Under the pieces are notes generated by a model that searched no databases, was not told where the DNA came from, and saw only the letters and a program-made list of their open reading frames with translations. From assembly GCA_038207395.1 (NCBI GenBank), contig JBBQZW010000001.1:77530-141529 (forward strand): 64,000 nt of DNA, in the 5' to 3' direction. This stretch comes from Minisyncoccia bacterium. Lineage in GTDB: Bacteria; Patescibacteriota; Minisyncoccia; Phycocordibacterales; Phycocordibacteraceae. The translations under genes were made by a program, and so were the position numbers. Position 1 is the first letter of the stretch; each line of letters starts with the position of its first letter. Below are positions 9,808 to 18,154 of the stretch, in pieces.

Positions 9808-10770
9808 CTAGATACTGCAGACTCCTTTGTTTATTGTTATATCCCAGTGTGATGACTCCCGCGCGTATTCGTTACCGCATCTATCTTTATACAATTTAGT
9901 ACCGTCCTTACGGCTTCCTGTTTGGTTTAGTGATTTTAGAAAAGCATCAAGCGCAGCATTAGGCTGCAGGTCAACCTTGTACCCGGTAGAGTGACTGACG
10001 GCACCCGTAGCCTTATGCGTTCCTCCTGTAGTGGAGTTGACTTGGACGGAACAGCCGCATGCTTTTTTAATAGCAATCACTTGGTTTACGGTGTCGGCTC
10101 TTGTATTTGCCATAGTCGCAGTTCCCGAAAACTTCGCAATACTTACGCCTCCAGAAGTTAAGGCACTTCTTGTTTGACTATCATTAAGTACCGTACCAGA
10201 GACTGATCCTGCAGATGGACCTACTGCAGTTGAACCAATATTTTTACCCAAAAGAATATCAATAGTTCCCTCAGCAAGCGAGGTTGGTGCCTTAGCAACG
10301 ATACACCTGTCGCTCTGATCTGCTTTACCACTAATTATAGAGTTCCATGGACCGAAAGAGCCTTCGTCGTACACCGTCTTCATTACGTAATCCACGATGA
10401 GCCACGAAAGGAGGAGTACCGCTAAGCCAATGATTACATTTGTGAGTCTCGTGCGTGCTTTGCTTATGGACTCAGGACTTCCACCACTGGTGAGAAATGA
10501 TAAACCTGCGATAAGCAGATATATCGTGAAAAGAATTATGGCAACAGTAACGGCAAAGTTAATGACGTTTTGAACCGTTTGCATAACGCAGCCAAAATCT
10601 GGTGCAGTTGAAATCGTCCCACCTCCATTTGGATTAGGCTGGTCATTGCAGTGACATTCCTGCGGAACAATAGGACCAAGGAATGTCGGATTTGAAGCTG
10701 CAAACGAGTACTGTGGCATTGCGAGCAGAAGAAGGCTCAAGAATGCTCCTGCTATGACAGTTCGCTTCAT
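9808..10770 (-). CDS. VirB2/TrbC-like pilin fused to a C-terminal M15/LAS-like Zn peptidase domain
   Basis: Signal peptide, two-TM pilin hairpin (IAG..FLTSGGSPE.ISKARTRLTNVIIGL), C-terminal SH-x6-D (SHSTGYKVD) and HWD. Confidence 0.75.
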   Translation of the reverse strand: MKRTVIAGAFLSLLLLAMPQYSFAASNPTFLGPIVPQECHCNDQPNPNGGGTISTAPDFGCVMQTVQNVINFAVTVAIILFTIYLLIAGLSFLTSGGSPESISKARTRLTNVIIGLAVLLLSWLIVDYVMKTVYDEGSFGPWNSIISGKADQSDRCIVAKAPTSLAEGTIDILLGKNIGSTAVGPSAGSVSGTVLNDSQTRSALTSGGVSIAKFSGTATMANTRADTVNQVIAIKKACGCSVQVNSTTGGTHKATGAVSHSTGYKVDLQPNAALDAFLKSLNQTGSRKDGTKLYKDRCGNEYARESSHWDITINKGVCSI

Positions 10771-10784
10771 GTCACTATTCTAAC

Positions 10785-11300
10785 TTATTGCGGAAGCTTT
10801 ACCGCCCCAGGACAAAAACTGAGTCCTAGATCCTGACCTGCATAGGTTTCATTCACACTAATACTGGTGAAGACTTGCACCTGGAGTTCACAGATCTGAG
10901 TAGTGCTAAGGCCGAGCTTCGCTTTCAATTCCTTTTCAGCAGCGAGCCGAGACGCACCAAGTGGTTCAGCAAGTAGCGATACAAGAAAGCCAGTAGTATT
11001 TGGGTAATAGAGGATTGAGTACGTAGTTTCCTCGTCAGTAGTAACTTGGTATCCATTAGTATCGCTCGCCCACTCTGGTTGCCCTGAGACAATAAATGGC
11101 TGTACCGCGGCGGAAGTTCCGTCTTTGAGTGTTAACGATACCGTCTCCCCTACCGCTACCGGTGTTCCAGTCGCAAAGGTAAAAGGATTATTTACCGGAA
11201 TGGCTTCAGGCGCAGGAGTAGGGAAAACGAAGATGCGTATTAGTGCTCCAATCACCAGTAGCGTGAGAATGATTGAAGAGAGTACTAGAAGTCGTTTCAT
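10785..11300 (-). CDS. Membrane-anchored hypothetical protein with two Cys; candidate immunity/partner protein
   Basis: One N-terminal TM, Pro/Thr linker, ~110 aa globular domain; starts 7 nt after the stop of the pilin-lysozyme gene. Confidence 0.75.
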   Translation of the reverse strand: MKRLLVLSSIILTLLVIGALIRIFVFPTPAPEAIPVNNPFTFATGTPVAVGETVSLTLKDGTSAAVQPFIVSGQPEWASDTNGYQVTTDEETTYSILYYPNTTGFLVSLLAEPLGASRLAAEKELKAKLGLSTTQICELQVQVFTSISVNETYAGQDLGLSFCPGAVKLPQ

Positions 11301-11307
11301 ACAGAAA

Positions 11308-12318
11308 TTATTTAAAGGGCACGCTACATTTATTTGATGAATATGACCACGGCTGAAAGCCTCTCGAATTAAATAACTTGCATGCCTCTGCAGTATTGTA
11401 CGTGGGATTCTGTGCGGCCTTCACGCATGAATTATACAATTCTTGATCTTTAACTGAGGCCGTACACCACCCTGGATGTGATTTTCCTACCAGCGCACTT
11501 CCCTGGCATGCGGTGGTAAACGCTGCCGGACAGTTTAAGCCCGCTACTTTACTTGTCGTTAGGTTTATCTGCCACAATCCAACCGAGTAACTTGGGCCCT
11601 TACCGCTGTTCAAAAGATCCGACCCAGATTTAATTGAAGAATTGCCGCCGGCACTTTCAAGATTACATACACGAGCAGCTTCGTTCGCGCGAGCTCCAAA
11701 GCAGGTACCCTGTAGTGCTGAAACAGAACAGGCGCCGTTGTTAGGAACTGAGCATGACCCTCCACCTCCTGTACCATTTCCAAACTGCGCGCTTGGAGAA
11801 CTTCCTGCTTCACCGAGTTTTAGTGGGATAGTACCGGTTGCAAGCGGTGATGGATCATGTTCTTTAATACATTCATCTCCAGGAGTCGGTGAAAGTATCG
11901 AGTTCCATGGACCAAATACCGTTCCTTCAAATGCAGTATCAGGGTTGTATACGGTCTTCAGTACAAAGTCGACAATTATCCACGAGCTGAGTATGACCGC
12001 AATACCAATGACGGCATTAAATATTCGTGTACGTGCCTTTGAAAGTGCTTCGGGATTTCCTTGACCAAGCATTAGTGAAAACCCAGCAATGATAATCCAA
12101 ATGACACTAAGAATAATGCCGAACTCTACCGCAGCATTAATTACGTTTTGTAACACTTGGAGAATACATCCGTAGTCAGGAGCAGATCCTGGGCAGTAGC
12201 AGGTACTACCGAGTTGAGGAACGATAGGGTTGGTTGCTCCAAAGGCAATGTACGGAAGGGTAAGGATTAAGAATCCAAACGCAGCTGCAGTGTAGGGTGC
12301 CAAGGGGAAACGCGTCAT
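11308..12318 (-). CDS. VirB2/TrbC-like pilin fused to a C-terminal lysozyme/lytic-transglycosylase-like domain
   Basis: Same pilin N-terminus as 9808..10770; C-terminal ES (catalytic Glu), GLWQIN, NP.YN...A..L...GFQPW; Cys-rich. Confidence 0.8.
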   Translation of the reverse strand: MTRFPLAPYTAAAFGFLILTLPYIAFGATNPIVPQLGSTCYCPGSAPDYGCILQVLQNVINAAVEFGIILSVIWIIIAGFSLMLGQGNPEALSKARTRIFNAVIGIAVILSSWIIVDFVLKTVYNPDTAFEGTVFGPWNSILSPTPGDECIKEHDPSPLATGTIPLKLGEAGSSPSAQFGNGTGGGGSCSVPNNGACSVSALQGTCFGARANEAARVCNLESAGGNSSIKSGSDLLNSGKGPSYSVGLWQINLTTSKVAGLNCPAAFTTACQGSALVGKSHPGWCTASVKDQELYNSCVKAAQNPTYNTAEACKLFNSRGFQPWSYSSNKCSVPFK

Positions 12319-12439
12319 GAGATATCCTTATAGTACGTTATGGAGCAGCGAAAAAGGCACGATTCCCCCAGTACGCCTGTCTGTCTAAGGACCGTAAAAT
12401 CTGGTATCGTGCAAAGTAACGCACTGCGCGTTACCCCAA

Positions 12440-12510
12440 GGGCCTGTAGTTTAATGGTAGAACAATGGATTCCAAACCCATTAGCCGAGGTTCGATTCCT
12501 CGTGGGCCCG
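12440..12510 (+). tRNA. tRNA-Trp (CCA)
   Basis: GGGCCTG/TGGGCCC acceptor, loop TT-CCA-AA, GGTTCGATTCC. Confidence 0.92.
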
Positions 12511-12638
12511 CATCTAATCCGTGCTTTATTTTATAGATTTTAAAATTGAGAATTTATAGCTTGCCAAGGGTGAGTAATAGTTTGATTTATCTACTAAGTG
12601 TGATATAAACTTAGCGTAGATTAATTTGGAGAAGTTCC

Positions 12639-13055
12639 TTGCAAGAAAGCTCATTAGCCATTTTGGCAGAAATTCACAGCCGTCTTTCGCATCTTATTTC
12701 GGAACTTATTTCGGAAAATGAAATCTGTTTAATTCCTAAGCGACTACGGCTCACCAATCCCAATAGAGTTTTTCTAGGACAATCGTCACGAGAGCAGCAG
12801 GCAATAGCCAGGCTCTATGATCAAATCTGTACCGAACATACAGACACGCATGAAGATACTGGACTTCCTGAAGGAGTTAATCCCCGGGTAAGTTTCGATC
12901 ACTATTTCAACCACGTAGCAGCTCCACTGCTGTCAGAGCTGCTAATTTGGTCAGCTCACAGGGATTACCCTGATGTATCGGAAACAATATCCATCATTGC
13001 GATTCAGTTCGATGCTGACTGGAACATGTACGCAGTAAAGAAAGATCAGTATTGA
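12639..13055 (+). CDS. Hypothetical protein
   Basis: 138 aa ORF, GGAGA before the TTG start, followed by a hairpin terminator at 13071-13105. Confidence 0.65.
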   Translation: MQESSLAILAEIHSRLSHLISELISENEICLIPKRLRLTNPNRVFLGQSSREQQAIARLYDQICTEHTDTHEDTGLPEGVNPRVSFDHYFNHVAAPLLSELLIWSAHRDYPDVSETISIIAIQFDADWNMYAVKKDQY

Positions 13056-13208
13056 CCGCTCACCCAAATGAACCGCTCGACTCCTAGGTCGGGCGGTTTC
13101 TTTTTATACTTTATTTATAGCTAATTCCGTTCGAACCTCGTCCCACAGTACCCGCAAAGAAAAGAGCGCCGTACCTTCCCGGTCGTGCGCTCGATTTAGT
13201 TGTTAACG

Positions 13209-13679
13209 TTAGCTAGCTTGGTCCCGCATCGCGAGCTTCACGATGATCTCCGCGTCTTCACGCGAAAGCGACTTGATTTGCTCTGCGAGCTCTTGGAGTG
13301 ACAGTAGGATTAGATTCTGACGCTCATGGAATTCGATGAAGAGCGCGCCATAGAACGCTGGCTGGGATCGCCATTGCGTACTCGACGAACTGAGGAGCTG
13401 ATCGCAGAACTGTTCGAAGGTATAGCCCCTAACGACCGGCCGTCTCAATACGAGACTTGGATCTGATTTTTTGTATTTAATGTCATCGAACAAATAGTTC
13501 GTCATCTGATCACCACGTAGGTGGGCATGCCAAACAGTCTCCAGGTGCGCGAGACAATATTGGACATCCTGTACGATATCCAACGAGTCACTTTGCTGCG
13601 GAACCGCGCCCAGCAGCGATTCCGTTTGCGGGGTCTTCCGACCCCCAAACGTAGGACGAATAACATTATCTTCTGACAC
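13209..13679 (-). CDS. Hypothetical protein
   Basis: 156 aa ORF with strong SD AAGGAGG before GTG. Confidence 0.7.
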   Translation of the reverse strand: MSEDNVIRPTFGGRKTPQTESLLGAVPQQSDSLDIVQDVQYCLAHLETVWHAHLRGDQMTNYLFDDIKYKKSDPSLVLRRPVVRGYTFEQFCDQLLSSSSTQWRSQPAFYGALFIEFHERQNLILLSLQELAEQIKSLSREDAEIIVKLAMRDQAS

Positions 13680-13835
13680 TCGAACCTCCTTATTTTAAAG
13701 AACTTGCTTATATACTTTGTACTATGAAAAGACTAAAGTTCAAATTGTAGTCGAATTTAGTCTGATGGGATCATCAACAAGAAAGCCCCGCACAAAGTGC
13801 GGGGCTGCGGCGTGCGCACACTGCGCTGGTAAAGA

Positions 13836-14096
13836 TCAATGACCTCCATTTCCTTTCTTTTTCTTCGGCATAAAAGGACGAATCAGGAAATACCAGATGG
13901 CGTAAAAAACTCCAGCCAGCGTTCCCATAGTGATAGCGAAGTTAATCGCATCATCCGGATGCAAATATGCATCCCGCGCCAGACTGATGAGGATTACTGT
14001 CCCGATTATTCGAACCAGATTCCGTGGCGTAAACAGGAAGTGGAACCATTGGTCCACTAATGGTTCACGAGCAGGACGGTTCGGACGACGTGCCAT
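13836..14096 (-). CDS. Small two-TM membrane protein
   Basis: 86 aa, two hydrophobic helices, basic tail; SD AGAAAGGGA, consensus promoter upstream, hairpin downstream (~13782-13806). Confidence 0.75.
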   Translation of the reverse strand: MARRPNRPAREPLVDQWFHFLFTPRNLVRIIGTVILISLARDAYLHPDDAINFAITMGTLAGVFYAIWYFLIRPFMPKKKKGNGGH

Positions 14097-14122
14097 GTTT
14101 TTCCCTTTCTATGACTGAATGT

Positions 14123-14152
14123 ATTATAGTACATAAGCTTACACTTTGTCAA
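14123..14152 (-). promoter_or_regulatory. Sigma70 consensus promoter for 13836..14096
   Basis: TTGACA-N18-TATAAT on the minus strand. Confidence 0.7.
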
Positions 14153-14182
14153 GTTTTACCTTGGATAGATAGTATGAAAAAC

Positions 14183-14211
14183 TTGACAAAAATAGAATAT
14201 AAGTATATGTT
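14183..14211 (+). promoter_or_regulatory. Sigma70 promoter for small ORF 14240..14380
   Basis: TTGACA-N17-TATGTT, divergent from the 14123-14152 promoter. Confidence 0.6.
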
Positions 14212-14239
14212 GTAAGCTGTTCAACTAAGGGGAACGTAG

Positions 14240-14380
14240 ATGCAGGATTTCAATCCAAACAGCTTCGCAGTTATCTTCTTCGCCATCATGTTCGCTGCCT
14301 GCGTCATTCGCCTCATTGTTTGGGGCGCGCGCGGCAACAACTTCCGCCGTCTGATAACGGTGCTACGCGAAAACTGGTAA
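14240..14380 (+). CDS. 46-aa single-TM small protein
   Basis: Not in the ORF track: MQDFNPNSFAVIFFAIMFAACVIRLIVWGARGNNFRRLITVLRENW; SD AAGGGG, promoter upstream, terminator ~14407-14439. Confidence 0.65.
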   Translation: MQDFNPNSFAVIFFAIMFAACVIRLIVWGARGNNFRRLITVLRENW

Positions 14381-14450
14381 TATACCAGCGTCGCACACAA
14401 ACCAATGAGGTTCCGAACATGCTTCGGGCCTCTTTTTTTACCTAGTAATG

Positions 14451-14491
14451 AAATAAGAAAAGCGCTCCCTCTGGGAGCGCTTTTCTTATTT
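14451..14491. terminator. Intrinsic terminator downstream of rpmG
   Basis: aaataagaaaagcgctccc-tct-gggagcgcttttcttattt. Confidence 0.85.
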
Positions 14492-14497
14492 GAAGAA

Positions 14498-14653
14498 TTA
14501 TTTCTTCACTTCCTTGAAGATCTCGCGCTTACGCGTTGTCTTGTCGAACTTCGTGAGTTCAAGCTTACGCTCTACTTTCTTCTTATTCTTACGGGTGAAG
14601 ATCACCTGCTCAGACGCTGTGGAGCGGAGCTTTATAAGGTTTACCTGGGTCAT
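14498..14653 (-). CDS. rpmG: 50S ribosomal protein L33 (Cys-less type)
   Basis: Not in the ORF track: MTQVNLIKLRSTASEQVIFTRKNKKKVERKLELTKFDKTTRKREIFKEVKK. Confidence 0.93.
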   Translation of the reverse strand: MTQVNLIKLRSTASEQVIFTRKNKKKVERKLELTKFDKTTRKREIFKEVKK

Positions 14654-14677
14654 ACGTGCACTGTAGCATTTAGGCTG

Positions 14678-17365
14678 TTATGAGGCAACCGCCATTTTAG
14701 GGCTTTTCGCTCGTGGTTTGCGCGCCGCTGATTTCTTAACATCAAAGGTCAATTCCCCGTTTTTAACGCCTACTGAGACTGATCCTCCTTCCATAATGCC
14801 TTGATCAACCATGAGTGAGGCGATAGGCGTAAGTATCTTGTCCTGGATTGCCCGCTTTAGCGGACGAGCACCATACTGAGGGTTATATCCTTTCTCTGCG
14901 AGCCACACACGAGCTTCGGGAGTAATTGAAAGTTCAATACGCTTTCCACCAAGACGTTCAACGACTTCACGAACCTGATTCTCAACAATGTCCGCAAGCG
15001 CCATCTTACTAAGCGGATCGAAGATAATGATGTCATCCAGACGGTTAAGGAATTCCGGACGGAAATGATCCTTGAGCGATCCCATCACCTTATCTTTCAC
15101 CAGTTCATATTGCGCCATGTCGTCATGATCACCGGACACAAATCCAATGTTTGCTGCACGGTCCATATATTCTGCACCAATGTTAGAGGTGAGAATAATA
15201 ATAGTGTTCTTAAAGTTTACTTTACGTCCTTTCCCGTCGGTCAGATGTCCTGAATCAAGCACCTGAAGAAGAATATTGAATACCTCAGGATGAGCCTTCT
15301 CTACTTCGTCGAAAAGAACCACGGCGTATGGTCGGTGACGAATACGTTCAGTTAAGCTTCCTGACTCTTCGTATCCCACATATCCAGGGGGTGCACCAAT
15401 AAGTTTTGACACGGAATGCTTTTCCATAAACTCGCTCATATCAACACGCACGAGTGCATCACGGTCATTAAACATGAACTCTGCTAGACGGCGAGAGAGC
15501 TCGGTCTTTCCGACACCTGTGGGGCCGAGGAACAGGAATGAGCCGATAGGGCGGTTTGGATCCGCAATTCCCACACGGGAGCGTTTTACGGCGTCGGTGA
15601 CAATCTTAATTGCTGCATCCTGGCCGATGACTTCTGACTTGAGGTTTACTTCCATGCGAGCAAGCTTTGCGGCTTCTTCTTCGATCATTTTCGCAACAGG
15701 AACTCCCGTCCATCGAGAAACAACACCAGCCACTTCATGTTCCGTTACTTCTTCATGGAGAATACGGCGTGACTTCTGAAGTACCTTAAGACGTTTTGCC
15801 TTTGTCTCAAGATCTTTCTGGAGCATTGGTACTTTCCCGTAGTGAATTTCAGCTGCACGCGCAAGATCACCGGTGGACTCCGCATTTTCAGCCATCACCC
15901 GAAGTTTATCGAGCTCTTCTTTTATGGCACGAATAGCATGAATCACTTCGCGCTCATTTTTCCATTTAAGTTCCAGCTCTGCTGTCTTTTCCCGAAGATC
16001 AGCCACTTCAGCATCAATAGCTTTTACGCGTTCACGAATTTCTTTTGCGCGTTCACCCTGCTCATCTTTCTTAAGTGCTTCGCGTTCAATTTCAAGACGA
16101 CGGATCTTTCGGTCAGTCTCTTCCAAAAGGGGTGGCTTGTTCTCAAGTGCGATGCGGAGGCCTGAACCAGCTTCGTCGATGAGGTCAATGGCTTTGTCGG
16201 GTAGGAAGCGGTCAGTAATATAGCGTTCCGAAAGCTCAACGGCTGAAACGATTGCACCATCAGTAATACGTACTCCGTGGAAGAGTTCATATTTGTCACG
16301 AAGACCTCGAAGAATAGCCACAGCATCCTCGGTTGAAGGTTCGTTTACAAATACAGGTTGAAAGCGGCGCGTGAGTGCACCGTCTTTTTCAATATGCTGC
16401 TGGTATTCTTTTAAGGTTGTCGCGCCGATCATACGGATTTCTCCACGCGAGAGCGCAGGTTTTAACATATTCGTCGCGTCCAGTGATCCTTCTGCTGCGC
16501 CAGCTCCCACAAGCGTATGAAGCTCATCAACGAAAATAATGACCTTACCGCTCGCCTTCTCAACCTCCTTCATAACCGCTTTCATCCGCTCTTCGAATTC
16601 ACCGCGGTACTTTGTACCGGCGATCATAAGCCCAAGGTCGAGCGAAAGGAGTTCTTTACCCTTAAGTGAGTCAGGGACGTCTCCTGCACACAAGCGCTGA
16701 GCAAGTCCTTCAGCGATAGCCGTTTTGCCTACACCCGCTTCACCGATAAGGACGGGGTTATTTTTTGTACGGCGAGAAAGAATCTGAATGACACGATTAA
16801 TTTCAAGATCACGACCAATAACGGGATCAAGCGCATTGTCTGCAGCCATTTTGGTAAGATTGCGCGTGTACTTTGCGAGAGCACGAAATCGCTTTGGTTC
16901 AGTAACTTGGCCATCCTTTGAATTTTTTAATTCATGCAATACTGCCATTACCGTTTCCTCATCGATCTTAAAGCGGTTAATCGCATCAGCGGCTGGTCCA
17001 GGGTGCTCAAGAATAGCGGCGAACAGGTGCTCTGTTCCAATAAATGAGTCATTCATCTTTGCTGCCACCTTCCCTGCTGACTCAAGTACCTCCGCAAGCT
17101 CTGGGGTTAGATACAAATTAAACGAAGGTGAGAGTATGTTTGCCGTCTCAGGAGACTCAAGTGATTCCAAAAGGAGATCGGAAAACATCATCGTGTCCAC
17201 ATCCATGCGGTCGAGCACGGAAAAGACGAGACTTTCTTCTTGATGAATAAGTGCCGTTAAGAGGTGGAGTGGGCTGACATGATTCTGACCACGCTCAATG
17301 GCGAGTTCATGGGCTTTTTTGATAGCTTCTTTAGCTTTTGCAGTGAAATTTTTGAACGGTGACAT
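14678..17365 (-). CDS. clpB: ATP-dependent chaperone ClpB (Hsp100)
   Basis: Clp-N repeats, two AAA modules (GEAGVGKT; GPTGVGKT), long middle coiled-coil domain, GARPL. Confidence 0.92.
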   Translation of the reverse strand: MSPFKNFTAKAKEAIKKAHELAIERGQNHVSPLHLLTALIHQEESLVFSVLDRMDVDTMMFSDLLLESLESPETANILSPSFNLYLTPELAEVLESAGKVAAKMNDSFIGTEHLFAAILEHPGPAADAINRFKIDEETVMAVLHELKNSKDGQVTEPKRFRALAKYTRNLTKMAADNALDPVIGRDLEINRVIQILSRRTKNNPVLIGEAGVGKTAIAEGLAQRLCAGDVPDSLKGKELLSLDLGLMIAGTKYRGEFEERMKAVMKEVEKASGKVIIFVDELHTLVGAGAAEGSLDATNMLKPALSRGEIRMIGATTLKEYQQHIEKDGALTRRFQPVFVNEPSTEDAVAILRGLRDKYELFHGVRITDGAIVSAVELSERYITDRFLPDKAIDLIDEAGSGLRIALENKPPLLEETDRKIRRLEIEREALKKDEQGERAKEIRERVKAIDAEVADLREKTAELELKWKNEREVIHAIRAIKEELDKLRVMAENAESTGDLARAAEIHYGKVPMLQKDLETKAKRLKVLQKSRRILHEEVTEHEVAGVVSRWTGVPVAKMIEEEAAKLARMEVNLKSEVIGQDAAIKIVTDAVKRSRVGIADPNRPIGSFLFLGPTGVGKTELSRRLAEFMFNDRDALVRVDMSEFMEKHSVSKLIGAPPGYVGYEESGSLTERIRHRPYAVVLFDEVEKAHPEVFNILLQVLDSGHLTDGKGRKVNFKNTIIILTSNIGAEYMDRAANIGFVSGDHDDMAQYELVKDKVMGSLKDHFRPEFLNRLDDIIIFDPLSKMALADIVENQVREVVERLGGKRIELSITPEARVWLAEKGYNPQYGARPLKRAIQDKILTPIASLMVDQGIMEGGSVSVGVKNGELTFDVKKSAARKPRAKSPKMAVAS

Positions 17366-17377
17366 AGAAAGTATTGA

Positions 17378-18136
17378 TTATTTCCCTGCAGCAGGAGCTT
17401 GTAAAAGTGCCGTAATGGAATCGGATGGAATGAGCAAACCTCCTGCTCCATTTCCTATGCCGATAACCATTCCGGAAAGGTCGACTACTCCACCGCCAAC
17501 CGGCACACTCGAAAGGCTGGTGTCGATCGAAGTGGCTGCGACCTTACTAATGATGCCGGTTAGCGCAGAGGAATCTTTCGTGAGTGCGAGTACGGTCTGT
17601 CCTTGTTTAAGCTTACTTGAAGGAACGAGTCCAGCGTCAGGAGCTTTTGGAAGGACTGCGCCATCGGCAAAGCCGTAGATGGAAAGAGACGCTGATGATT
17701 TTGAGAGCGAGGCCTTCTGAGAAGATCCGTCACTAAATGAGATGATTGCTTCCTTTGGAAGACCATCAACAGTAACCGTGACTATGGCGCGGGACTTTGG
17801 CAAATAAGTACCAAAAGCAATGGCGGGTGTGGTTGTGGACTCCTTGTATATAAGAACTGAGCGGGCTGCTGCGTCTCCAATGGCTGCAGTCATGAGCTGC
17901 TCTACACTCGGCGCACTTGGAGGCGCTGTAATTGACTTGATGGGATTAACCACTTGGATAGGTGTCGCTATGGTCTGTATCGTGTGTTCAACAATACGGT
18001 CTACCCCTTGCGAAACTTGGATAGGAGCGCGATCCAAGAGGGACACAGTGAGAATACCCGTAGCGATAGACACTACGAAGTTAACCATGACGGTGAGGAG
18101 CAGGAGTTGGGCTTTTGATAGATCCTCGATATCCAT
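17378..18136 (-). CDS. Membrane-anchored trypsin/HtrA-like protein, apparently catalytically degenerate
   Basis: N-terminal TM (LLLLTVMVNFVVSIATGILTVSL); C-terminal GGGVVDLSGMVIGI resembles the HtrA SGGPL..GEVIGI segment without the Ser; start set at MDIEDL by TGcTATACT. Confidence 0.6.
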   Translation of the reverse strand: MDIEDLSKAQLLLLTVMVNFVVSIATGILTVSLLDRAPIQVSQGVDRIVEHTIQTIATPIQVVNPIKSITAPPSAPSVEQLMTAAIGDAAARSVLIYKESTTTPAIAFGTYLPKSRAIVTVTVDGLPKEAIISFSDGSSQKASLSKSSASLSIYGFADGAVLPKAPDAGLVPSSKLKQGQTVLALTKDSSALTGIISKVAATSIDTSLSSVPVGGGVVDLSGMVIGIGNGAGGLLIPSDSITALLQAPAAGK

Positions 18137-18154
18137 ACCTATATAGTATAGCAA

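Noticed and set aside
13071-13200. Hairpins between orphan genes as integron attC sites
   Set aside because: They look like ordinary intrinsic terminators; the genes are not co-oriented, have their own promoters, and no integron integrase is present.
14405-14683. 92-aa plus-strand ORF
   Set aside because: Antisense to rpmG and spans two terminators.
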